Below are positions 9,540 to 16,512 of a stretch of 64,000 nucleotides of DNA, piece by piece. The stretch lies in IMG/VR virus record IMGVR_UViG_3300038556_000043, positions 19,736 through 83,735 of that record. One strand, written 5' to 3'. Under the pieces are notes generated by a model. The model saw only the letters and a list, made by a program, of their open reading frames with translations. It made no database searches and had not been told where the DNA came from. Both the position numbers and the translations under genes were made by a program. How positions within the stretch are numbered: position 1 is the first letter of the stretch; each line of letters begins with the position of its first letter. Source of the DNA: a virus.

Positions 9540-9834
9540 TACAAATTGTTTTTTCGATTTTGTTTAAACGATCAATTTCAGAGTTAATAAAAGCTTGAGC
9601 CATTTTAAGCTGGTCGATTTTATTTAGATTTTTTATCTGAATTTTCATTTCTTCAAAAAATCGCTGGGGCCATTCTTGTTTTTCTGGTTCGATACAAAAC
9701 ATGGCTCCTGAAAGCAATTCACCTTTGTTGAATTGCTTATTTTCCAGTTTTAAAATGTCGGGCTCTTCAATTATTTTTTTTACAAGAGAAAAAACGAATT
9801 GAGGCCATGTTTCTGATTTTGTTTCTGTGCTCAT
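9520..9834 (-). CDS. divergent paralog of the 6356-7075 N-terminal domain
   Basis: GELLSGAMFCI...WP...AQAFINSEIDRL. Confidence 0.65.
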   Translation of the reverse strand: MSTETKSETWPQFVFSLVKKIIEEPDILKLENKQFNKGELLSGAMFCIEPEKQEWPQRFFEEMKIQIKNLNKIDQLKMAQAFINSEIDRLNKIEKTICNEHRTE

Positions 9835-10040
9835 AATAAATCGGTTCTATAATTGTAGTATCTGCTTTTTATTACATTCAGACGTTCACCATACCCGAAA
9901 TGATCCTGTTCATAACTGAGCAATGATACGTCGTGGTCAAAATTGTGCACAAGAGAATCTGGCAGACAAAAATTGTATGTGCCAAATCCTCGTTCGTTTG
10001 TTTCTATTTTGCGGTCATGCATTTCTCTTATGGCTCCCAT
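9831..10040 (-). CDS. hypothetical protein
   Basis: 69 aa, overlaps neighbours. Confidence 0.55.
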   Translation of the reverse strand: MGAIREMHDRKIETNERGFGTYNFCLPDSLVHNFDHDVSLLSYEQDHFGYGERLNVIKSRYYNYRTDLL

Positions 10041-10255
10041 TCTTTAAGATTTACAAATTCATCTTTTAACATTGTTGTACGTTCTAACCTTTTTACCTCT
10101 TTGATATTTTGAGAGGTCTGCCTTAGAAAGCCTTTCCAGCCTCCTACTTCTTTCCATTGCTCTTGACTCCATACCTGAGTAGGAGAATCATGATAATGAA
10201 TTTTAACTACCGCAATAAAGTCTTGCGGATGTGTTTCTATTGTTTTTAAGGCCAT
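10028..10255 (-). CDS. hypothetical protein
   Basis: 75 aa. Confidence 0.65.
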   Translation of the reverse strand: MALKTIETHPQDFIAVVKIHYHDSPTQVWSQEQWKEVGGWKGFLRQTSQNIKEVKRLERTTMLKDEFVNLKEWEP

Positions 10256-10494
10256 TTGTAATTAATAGTAATTAGTTTCAGTTGAATAAGAGCCCCGAGC
10301 AATGCATACACGTTGCACGGTATAATTAAGAAGTTATGCCCTTTTTGATAAAAGCTTATCCCTTCACCATTTTTTGCAATCGAAATGTTTATTGCTTTTT
10401 TAAAAATGAAGAAATAGTAATAATTGTCTTCATGGATAAAATCAAATTGATTCATTTTCAAAAAACGAAGGATTAATTCAATGTCTTTTTTCAT
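10246..10494 (-). CDS. hypothetical protein
   Basis: 82 aa, AT-rich. Confidence 0.65.
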   Translation of the reverse strand: MKKDIELILRFLKMNQFDFIHEDNYYYFFIFKKAINISIAKNGEGISFYQKGHNFLIIPCNVYALLGALIQLKLITINYKWP

Positions 10495-10495
10495 A

Positions 10496-10666
10496 TCAAT
10501 ACGGGTGTGTTTCAGTTTCCAATACTGTCCATTGAGAGTATCCTAATTCATCCTTTGGATGCACCTGCTGCCAATACGGAAGCATCGGTAAATGGTAGTG
10601 TACCAAATAAAAGGTTCCGCCAATCCATCGACGGAACCAATGATATTGCAGTAGCTTGTGTTTCAT
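10496..10666 (-). CDS. 56-aa Trp/His-rich protein (not in track)
   Basis: MKHKLLQYHWFRRWIGGTFYLVHYH...; fills the gap exactly, coupled to upstream stop. Confidence 0.6.
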   Translation of the reverse strand: MKHKLLQYHWFRRWIGGTFYLVHYHLPMLPYWQQVHPKDELGYSQWTVLETETHPY

Positions 10667-11139
10667 CACGAATGAGATTGTAAGAATTTCTCATTTAGAT
10701 CATGGTAATGCTGCGCATGATCATCAGGCATGGCATGCGGTGAAGATTGCCAGATTTCCATTTGATTTGTCTGGCGAAGCGTTACCCAAGCCTTATTGTG
10801 AATATGCCAATAGAATATCCAGGGTGTGCCATGATATAGTGCTATCCAATAAGGCTTGCCGTCATTACCAATGAAAACAAAGCCTTTTTCGTCTAATTGT
10901 TTTGTTTCCTTTAATTGCTTGTGTGTTTGTACAAATTCTTTTATAAATTCCATTATTTCACTATCTGGCATAACACCTTTGTCATGCTCATTTAGTATTT
11001 CATTTGCTTTTTCGTATAATTCTTCAATTGTTTTCATGGGGCTACGAGTTGTTTTATTCGTGAATAAAGCTTTTTTGATTTGCTGGCCATACCACGTAAT
11101 TACTATCAGTAGCATGCCTAGTAAGTAATCGGTTAGCAT
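10666..11139 (-). CDS. hypothetical protein with possible N-terminal TM
   Basis: 157 aa; alternative start MKTIEE at ~11040. Confidence 0.65.
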   Translation of the reverse strand: MLTDYLLGMLLIVITWYGQQIKKALFTNKTTRSPMKTIEELYEKANEILNEHDKGVMPDSEIMEFIKEFVQTHKQLKETKQLDEKGFVFIGNDGKPYWIALYHGTPWIFYWHIHNKAWVTLRQTNQMEIWQSSPHAMPDDHAQHYHDLNEKFLQSHS

Positions 11140-11146
11140 AAGGGTA

Positions 11147-11183
11147 GAAATGAAAACAGCCCAGGCGATAGGCCCAGGCTGTA
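11147..11183 (-). terminator. intrinsic terminator-like hairpin
   Basis: ACAGCCTGGG-CCTATCG-CCTGGGCTGT-TTTCATTTC. Confidence 0.6.
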
Positions 11184-11203
11184 CTTGCGATTGATCGTAT
11201 TAA

Positions 11204-11728
11204 CTAGATATTGTTCTCTTTTAAGAACTGAGCAAATCGTTTGTAATTTCCAATATCTTCTTGCCAGCCTTTGCTATTGAGAAAATTCAACCGATTGGCT
11301 GACTCAGACAAGTATTCATAGATTTTATCAGCATCTTGTGCGCTTATATCCATGTAGTCATAAGCGGAATTAGGGTTGCCGCAACGTAGTTGGTTGACAA
11401 CGCATTCGAAATTTTCTATGTTCCTTACCTTAAAACCAGTGATAACCTCTTTGCTATCATTGCTTATCTCAATGTGATTGGTTCCCAGATGTCCGCCACT
11501 GTGCATATACTCTTTTATTGTTTCGGTGTGTTGAGAAAACTCTTTCTCTGCAATTAATTGCAAAGCACACGTTGCGGCACAACCATAGCAAATGTCATTT
11601 TGGATCTCGCCAAAGGTTGACATATCAATTTTGAAATTAGGCTTTTGTGAAAATTCTTCCAAGCCCTGTATCATGACTTCTACCAGACGGTAAAGCTTGT
11701 TATCTAATAACTCTTGAATTGTCTGCAT
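11204..11728 (-). CDS. CxGCAATC family paralog 2
   Basis: DMSTFGE...ICYGCAATC. Confidence 0.8.
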   Translation of the reverse strand: MQTIQELLDNKLYRLVEVMIQGLEEFSQKPNFKIDMSTFGEIQNDICYGCAATCALQLIAEKEFSQHTETIKEYMHSGGHLGTNHIEISNDSKEVITGFKVRNIENFECVVNQLRCGNPNSAYDYMDISAQDADKIYEYLSESANRLNFLNSKGWQEDIGNYKRFAQFLKENNI

Positions 11729-11753
11729 TTTATTTGATTAGGGGGAATACGGG

Positions 11754-12263
11754 TTATAGATCATTTTCCTTAAGAAAATCGGCCAACTTCTGATAGCCTT
11801 CCAGGTTTTTTTCCCAGTTTGAAGTTGCTAGTTTTTCCAGTGGGTTTTCTCTTAAAAAGCTATAGATTGATATTTCTTTTACAATATCGTCAAAGCCAAA
11901 ATATGTCATTAACGGGCCAATACCTGTTTGTCTGAGCGCGTTAATAGATTCTTCGAAATGATTTATGTCTGATGATTTCATATCAAGCAATACTGCTTGA
12001 CTTGAAGGAAGCAAATCAATGCTATATCCTTTTACTGCTGGAAATTTAGACCGAATTTTATCAGCAGTAAAAGTTACTCCTGATAATTGTTGAACTGCAC
12101 ATGTTGCAGCGCATCCAAAGCAGATATTCTTTTCCGACAATTCTCCATACGTAGACATTTTAATTATGAAGTCTTCGCGTTTGGAATGGGTTTTAAGACC
12201 ATCAATCATGGCTTGTACGGCAACATGCATTTTGCCATTGCATAATTCTTTGAATGTTTGCAT
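11754..12263 (-). CDS. CxGCAATC family paralog 3
   Basis: KMSTYGE...ICFGCAATC. Confidence 0.8.
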   Translation of the reverse strand: MQTFKELCNGKMHVAVQAMIDGLKTHSKREDFIIKMSTYGELSEKNICFGCAATCAVQQLSGVTFTADKIRSKFPAVKGYSIDLLPSSQAVLLDMKSSDINHFEESINALRQTGIGPLMTYFGFDDIVKEISIYSFLRENPLEKLATSNWEKNLEGYQKLADFLKENDL

Positions 12264-12288
12264 TTGATTTAGTAGGGATTTTTTAGGT

Positions 12289-12320
12289 GAAATGAAAAAG
12301 CCAGCTTTTACACTGGCTTT
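12289..12320 (-). terminator. intrinsic terminator
   Basis: AAAGCCAG-TGTAAAAG-CTGGCTTT-TTCATTTC. Confidence 0.7.
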
Positions 12321-12322
12321 GA

Positions 12323-12901
12323 TTAGTATAAATCTTCCGATTTGAGTTCTGGCACCATTGATTCGATTTGTTTGGCATGATAGGCAATAACCGAAGCTTC
12401 TATTCTATCAACAAAACGATTTGTATTGGTAAGAAATCCTTGTATCGGCTTCAAGTTCTTAAATGCGTTGATACCTGCCAGCATTGCTTTTGTCGTAAAA
12501 CAATTGTGGTGTCTGCGACCGGTTACTACAAAACCGGTTTTGACATTGATAGGCTGGTGAACGTAGGTGTTTATACCGTCATCCCACCATACAGCCGCAC
12601 ATAGAATGTATTCTTTTTGTGCGTCTGTTGTATCAGGTTTTACCCTAAGATGTGACAACGCAAATTCGTAATTAACCGAATTATCCGGATCGGCAGTCGG
12701 GCCTACCCATACTGCCATATCAATCAAATCGGTACAATCTTCCCATGACTTTTTGTAGAACTCAAAATCTTCTCCATCAATGACTCCTTCCATGTAACTG
12801 CCATCGTCCGGATGAAGCACAATCACAGGCATTCCTACGTATATGTTGTCAGGAGTTACCTGAGCCAGTTGGCTTACATCTACTGTTTGTATCTGTTGCA
12901 T
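12323..12901 (-). CDS. two-domain phage protein; C-terminal conserved phage domain
   Basis: EYILCAA...GRRH...QGFLTN..RFVDR.EA...LKSEDLY motif; start reassigned to MQQIQT (12901). Confidence 0.75.
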   Translation of the reverse strand: MQQIQTVDVSQLAQVTPDNIYVGMPVIVLHPDDGSYMEGVIDGEDFEFYKKSWEDCTDLIDMAVWVGPTADPDNSVNYEFALSHLRVKPDTTDAQKEYILCAAVWWDDGINTYVHQPINVKTGFVVTGRRHHNCFTTKAMLAGINAFKNLKPIQGFLTNTNRFVDRIEASVIAYHAKQIESMVPELKSEDLY

Positions 12902-12971
12902 ATGTGTATGTGTTAGGTGAGTAAAAAAACAACAAAGCCATGAGCAAAGCCCATAGCCGTAAACCAACCTA

Positions 12972-12987
12972 ACCAAGAGAGCAACAC
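12972..12987 (-). promoter_or_regulatory. conserved 16-nt early-region motif, copy 1
   Basis: + strand ACCAAGAGAGCAACAC, 1 mismatch to consensus, ~70 nt upstream of 12901 ATG. Confidence 0.6.
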
Positions 12988-13614
12988 TTGAATGATCAGT
13001 GAGCAAGAGCAATCGCAAGCAGCCTCGAAACCAAACGCAATCGGGAACCAACCGACCTACCCCAAATCAAAGTACTAAGGACAGTCAGTAGCGTAAGAAG
13101 TAACCGGTAGAGGAGTAACCAGAGGAGAATGAAAAATCAACTCCTATTACATGTTAAACCCAACAGCCGCCGCTCAAACGTCTCAAGCAAATTTTGTCAG
13201 CAGCAAAACAGAGGAAAAGGGCACAATAAGAATAAACTCCTTGTATCTCTTGCTGAGTTCTGTTTGCATCTGTGTGAGGTTCTTGTGTACTGCTATCCTT
13301 ATGTATTGGACATAGTAGTATGTCCCCGGTTCGCGCGTGAACGCGAAAAAAAATGTCCCGAATCTTTAGCACAAGCCTTTGGAAATCAGAATGATGTAAC
13401 GAAAACTTGTGACCGTCCGGTAGGGATGCAGTTAACGATAGCGAAAGATTCAAAGGGTTTCGATCCTAGAAGCGGCCGCGCCTTGCCGAAGGGGATTTAA
13501 CTTTAGCTGTTCCATCTAAGGTAGTTATTTGACGACCCTTAGTAGTATTCGGCGGCAGTTGTGCGATTGTTTTTCAAATCTCCTGCTCTCGCTTCCCGGA
13601 CTTGTGATCAGGTA

Positions 13615-13854
13615 TTACCAGTTAATTCCTGATTGCTTGAATTTGCCAGAGCCAAAAAGACTCAGCTTGTGTTTATCTCTGTTTTGAAGGAACTTGGCTT
13701 TCTTATTGGCAGCTTTCCGTTTAGCCATCTGCTTTCTTTTCTCAGCTTTCTCGGCTTTGACTTCATTGGCCATCTGCAAGCGTTGTTCTTCTGTCAGGGT
13801 TCTTGAGAGAACTTCTGATTTATGCTTGAGATAATTTTCTTTAGATAATTTCAT
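13615..13854 (-). CDS. highly basic Lys-rich small protein
   Basis: MKLSKENYLKHK...KAEKAEKRKQMAKRKAANKKAK. Confidence 0.7.
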   Translation of the reverse strand: MKLSKENYLKHKSEVLSRTLTEEQRLQMANEVKAEKAEKRKQMAKRKAANKKAKFLQNRDKHKLSLFGSGKFKQSGINW

Positions 13855-13918
13855 ATTATCTTGGTGATGCGAATATAAGTACACTAATCAATAATGACAA
13901 AATATTAATCAATATTTC

Positions 13919-13949
13919 TTTGATATTTTTTTTATTACTAATACATTTG
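13919..13949 (+). promoter_or_regulatory. Bacteroidota sigma-A-type promoter
   Basis: TTTG (13919-22), 19-nt spacer, TACATTTG (13942-49). Confidence 0.7.
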
Positions 13950-13953
13950 TGTC

Positions 13954-14039
13954 CCTCCTTAGCCAACTACTGGCGCACTTGGTGAACGACAATCCGGATA
14001 TGGAAGTCCGCAGGTAACCCACTTGCGGACTTTCTTTTT
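13954..14039 (+). ncRNA. candidate ~85-nt small RNA
   Basis: Lies between a consensus host promoter and a strong intrinsic terminator; no usable ORF. Confidence 0.55.
14004..14039 (+). terminator. intrinsic terminator
   Basis: AAGTCCGCAGG-TAACCCA-CTTGCGGACTT-TCTTTTT. Confidence 0.8.
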
Positions 14040-14047
14040 GTATCCAT

Positions 14048-14089
14048 CGCAGTCGCAGTAGCATAACCGCAGTAGCAACGCAGTAGCAA
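14048..14089. repeat. three direct repeats CGCAGTAGCA
   Basis: Copies at 14054, 14068 and 14079 plus a partial copy at 14048. Confidence 0.85.
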
Positions 14090-14100
14090 AGCCGGACGAG

Positions 14101-14128
14101 AAATAGAGGGCTGGCAAAGCCAACCCCT
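14101..14128 (-). terminator. terminator-like hairpin
   Basis: GGGTTGGC-TTT-GCCAGCCC-TCTATTTCTC after the 14165 stop. Confidence 0.6.
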
Positions 14129-14164
14129 TATCCATCATAGGTCATTTCTCATGTATTCATCCCG

Positions 14165-14368
14165 CTACGCAGGTTCTTTGACCAGCTCTATTGCGATGCT
14201 GGTTTTGTTTTCGATGCTGTCAAACAGTTCCAGGATTTGCTTGCGGTCTGCTTCATCGGCTTGCTGCCAATAGGTGACAAACTTGCCAGCGGCTTCGAGC
14301 TGTCTTTGGTATTCTTCGTGTGGCTTGGGCGCGTGGTATTGTGCTTTTAATGCTCTCAGGTATGACAT
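14165..14368 (-). CDS. hypothetical protein
   Basis: 67 aa. Confidence 0.7.
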   Translation of the reverse strand: MSYLRALKAQYHAPKPHEEYQRQLEAAGKFVTYWQQADEADRKQILELFDSIENKTSIAIELVKEPA

Positions 14369-14393
14369 ATTAATTAGGGGAAAGACTGGCGGG

Positions 14394-14708
14394 TTATTCT
14401 AAACCCGTCCAGTCAAGTGATAGATTGTTTTCAGGTAATTGTTCAATGGTAATTTCACCAGCGTATATCTCAGGATTCAAAGACTTGAATGATACATCCA
14501 AGCCCTCGGCAAATCCTTGTTCGTAGCCTAGCTTTTTACCTTCCTCTCGCCCGTTGTCAAAGCCATCCTGATAGGCTCCGTCCAATTGGCGCGAATGAAG
14601 TTCTTCTTGTTGCTGCAAGGTTGCTTCTAGTCTTTGCAATAATTCTTTAGGCGTAACGACGATAATGTCAATGCCCAACAGGAAAAGAATGCGGTTGAGT
14701 TTTTTCAT
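14394..14708 (-). CDS. hypothetical protein with FliH/Yae1-like G-xxx-G repeats
   Basis: DGAYQDGFDNGREEGKKLGYEQGFAEG; start reassigned to MKKLNR (14708). Confidence 0.7.
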   Translation of the reverse strand: MKKLNRILFLLGIDIIVVTPKELLQRLEATLQQQEELHSRQLDGAYQDGFDNGREEGKKLGYEQGFAEGLDVSFKSLNPEIYAGEITIEQLPENNLSLDWTGLE

Positions 14709-14803
14709 AGTCCACGAGAGTTTTGGAATTCCTTTGCAGAAATCGAGAGTTTGATAAATATGTCCAGTACTTTGTTCATAAATCTTTCGAATAACTTTTT
14801 CAT
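14705..14803 (-). CDS. 32-aa peptide (not in track)
   Basis: MKKLFERFMNKVLDIFIKLSISAKEFQNSRGL; ATGA overlap with next gene. Confidence 0.55.
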   Translation of the reverse strand: MKKLFERFMNKVLDIFIKLSISAKEFQNSRGL

Positions 14804-14838
14804 GGTGCTGTGCTAAATTGATTGTGAAAAATAAGGGG

Positions 14839-14883
14839 AGCCGTGTCTGGTTTCGAACCAGATGTACCCCAAAGGTCACGGCT
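14839..14883 (-). ncRNA. tRNA-like minihelix (acceptor stem + T arm)
   Basis: AGCCGTG-14nt-TCTGG-TTCGAAA-CCAGA-CACGGCT: perfect 7-bp stem stacked on a 5-bp T-stem with G-TTCGAAA-C loop; no D or anticodon arm, no CCA. Confidence 0.55.
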
Positions 14884-14900
14884 TGCAGACAGTCCGGAGA

Positions 14901-14990
14901 CTATCTGCCTTCGCGGATTTCGCGGATGATGCGCTTTAATTCTTCCCGGCTGCTAACATAGTAGAGCGTGGAATTGATGATTACCGACAT
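14901..14990 (-). CDS. 29-aa peptide (not in track)
   Basis: MSVIINSTLYYVSSREELKRIIREIREGR. Confidence 0.5.
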   Translation of the reverse strand: MSVIINSTLYYVSSREELKRIIREIREGR

Positions 14991-15021
14991 ATGCCTTTGT
15001 CTGGTTAGGATGAAACATGGA

Positions 15022-15048
15022 GAAAAAGAAAAGGGGCACTAGGCCCCT
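15022..15048 (-). terminator. intrinsic terminator
   Basis: AGGGGC-CTAGT-GCCCCT-TTTCTTTTT directly after the 15053 stop. Confidence 0.8.
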
Positions 15049-15052
15049 GATC

Positions 15053-15538
15053 TTATGCTGCTGCGTCGGCTTCAACCATTGTAGGCTGAGCAACCGGCTT
15101 TGCTGCGCGCTCTGTCTTTGGAGTGTCGCAACGACGTTCCAGTTCAGAGAAGTTCAGCTTTGTGTGTACCCATTCGTTGAACTCATCAACGATCTGTAAA
15201 AGACCGCCAGCTACGAACGTTTCCCGGTTCAGGTTTTGGATAGCACCATTCTCATCGGAGTACTGGTTGATTACAAACATTCCGGGAAGTTCTTTTCCGT
15301 CTTTGTCCTTACCGTAGCCAATGGCGTTTCCGGCAATCTTCTTACCTGCAAGCTTGCTTGGTGTGTCAACATTGGCTTGGCTCATCAGGTTGTCAACCTG
15401 GGCTTTGCCCATGCGGAAGGCCATACGGTTTTTGTTACCGTCAACGGCTTCTCCCCAGAAGCTGTCAAGGATGGATCCTTCTTTAGACTTGGAAACGTTG
15501 ATAGAGGCAATCGCGAATACTAATCCTTGCTTTGTCAT
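15053..15538 (-). CDS. hypothetical protein (possible ssDNA-binding/OB-fold)
   Basis: Start MTKQGL (15538); own upstream motif and terminator; beta-rich N-terminus and low-complexity tail. Function is a guess. Confidence 0.7.
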   Translation of the reverse strand: MTKQGLVFAIASINVSKSKEGSILDSFWGEAVDGNKNRMAFRMGKAQVDNLMSQANVDTPSKLAGKKIAGNAIGYGKDKDGKELPGMFVINQYSDENGAIQNLNRETFVAGGLLQIVDEFNEWVHTKLNFSELERRCDTPKTERAAKPVAQPTMVEADAAA

Positions 15539-15669
15539 AACGGTAAAATTTAAAAGGGTTTTTGGGTTGGAAAACTGTGGTTTACAGCAGGTTACATTTT
15601 GATTACCGCCAATGTGAGGATAGTCAAACCCTTTATTGAAGAGCAAGACAACCTGAGCAAACCAGATAA

Positions 15670-15685
15670 ACAAAGAGAGCAACAC
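15670..15685 (-). promoter_or_regulatory. conserved 16-nt motif, copy 2
   Basis: + strand ACAAAGAGAGCAACAC. Confidence 0.65.
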
Positions 15686-15697
15686 AAGGCGTATTGC

Positions 15698-15877
15698 TCA
15701 GAAATAAAGTGTGGAATAAAGAGCGTGAAGAATGACACAAGACAAACCTTCCTGGGCAAATCGCTCAGAAAGGTATTGTCTCATTCCTTCGGTGGTAGTC
15801 TTGGCCAGCTTGACCAATACACCATTGGAATCAATCGCGGCAATGTACATAGGTGCAATAAGTGATTGCATTGCCAT
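15698..15877 (-). CDS. 59-aa hypothetical protein (not in track)
   Basis: MAMQSLIAPMYIAAIDSNGVLVKLAKTTTEGMRQYLSERF... Confidence 0.55.
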   Translation of the reverse strand: MAMQSLIAPMYIAAIDSNGVLVKLAKTTTEGMRQYLSERFAQEGLSCVILHALYSTLYF

Positions 15878-15941
15878 TGAAACGGACTGGCATAGGCCAG
15901 AAAGAACAGAAGGTCAGCATTTGACGCGGCGTTTAAGTGGA

Positions 15942-15985
15942 ACAAAACAAAAAACCCCGACAGGTTTGCTAGGCCTATCGGGGTC
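15942..15985 (-). terminator. intrinsic terminator
   Basis: ACCCCGATAGG-CCTAGCAAA-CCTGTCGGGGT-TTTTTGTTTTG. Confidence 0.8.
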
Positions 15986-16200
15986 AATCCTCTTTCGTAT
16001 TTTCGTCCGGTGATGAGGCAGAGTTTGAACTCTCGCACCGGCTTATCTGTCAAGACCAGTTACTATCTGGCAATTCAAGATTAACATAGCTGCCAGAACA
16101 GCTATGTTAATCCTCTATACGCTGCTGATTTTCCTTGCTTTCAGCGAGAGTGCGTAGACTCAACTATTCAGTGCTGTTTTTGGGACAGCCAACCTATTTC
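15945..16200 (-). ncRNA. candidate structured ncRNA (~250 nt)
   Basis: No credible ORF; serial hairpins incl. perfect 14-bp GATTAACATAGCTG/CAGCTATGTTAATC; bounded by motif copy 3 and a terminator. Confidence 0.5.
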
Positions 16201-16210
16201 AATCAGAAAG

Positions 16211-16226
16211 ACAAAGAGAGCAACAC
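16211..16226 (-). promoter_or_regulatory. conserved 16-nt motif, copy 3
   Basis: + strand ACAAAGAGAGCAACAC. Confidence 0.65.
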
Positions 16227-16405
16227 TAATCAACATCAGTGACAGAACATGCCACGAATGGAGTGAGTAGTGTTGCACCAATCATCATTACGAACCAATA
16301 CGGATCATTTGTCTCAATTGCCATGACAATCGATACTGCCATAATCATGATCGTCAGGATAATCATTGTAAATACTTCGGTGTATTTGTATACTATATTT
16401 TTCAT
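16226..16405 (-). CDS. 59-aa two-TM membrane protein (not in track)
   Basis: MKNIVYKYTEVFTMIILTIMIMAVSIVMAIETNDPYWFVMMIGATLLTPFVACS... Confidence 0.65.
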   Translation of the reverse strand: MKNIVYKYTEVFTMIILTIMIMAVSIVMAIETNDPYWFVMMIGATLLTPFVACSVTDVD

Positions 16406-16443
16406 AGCTGTTTGTAAGGCAGGGGTTTGATTGCCTCAGAACT

Positions 16444-16459
16444 ACAAAAAGAGCAACAC
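16444..16459 (-). promoter_or_regulatory. conserved 16-nt motif, copy 4
   Basis: + strand ACAAAAAGAGCAACAC (1 mismatch). Confidence 0.6.
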
Positions 16460-16473
16460 AAGCATTACCCTAG

Positions 16474-16512
16474 GTGAGTAAGTGAGTAAGTGAATGCTAA
16501 GTGAGTAAGTGA
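16474..16512. repeat. tandem GTGAGTAA repeats at the strand switch
   Basis: GTGAGTAA-GTGAGTAA-GTGAATGCTAA-GTGAGTAA-GTGA. Confidence 0.8.

Noticed and set aside
13129-13500. Plus-strand 123-aa ORF with SD-like GAGGAG
   Set aside because: Opposite to the operon, atypical composition, no promoter, and Bacteroidota generally do not use SD; probably spurious.
13969-14150. ~59-aa minus-strand ORF crossing the repeats and sRNA
   Set aside because: Runs through two terminators and the repeat tract; most likely chance.
14839-14883. Bona fide tRNA or tmRNA gene
   Set aside because: No anticodon or D arm, no CCA, no G3-U70 alanine identity and no tag ORF; kept only as a tRNA-like element.
16005-16045. 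Hammerhead or HDV/theta ribozyme, or C/D box (GTGATGA on + strand)
   Set aside because: No CUGAUGA...GAAA core, no nested P1/P2/P3 pseudoknot, no paired box D in register.
12972-16459. CRISPR mini-array from the repeated 16-mer or other short repeats
   Set aside because: Spacing is irregular (hundreds to thousands of nt), repeats are too short, and no cas genes are present.
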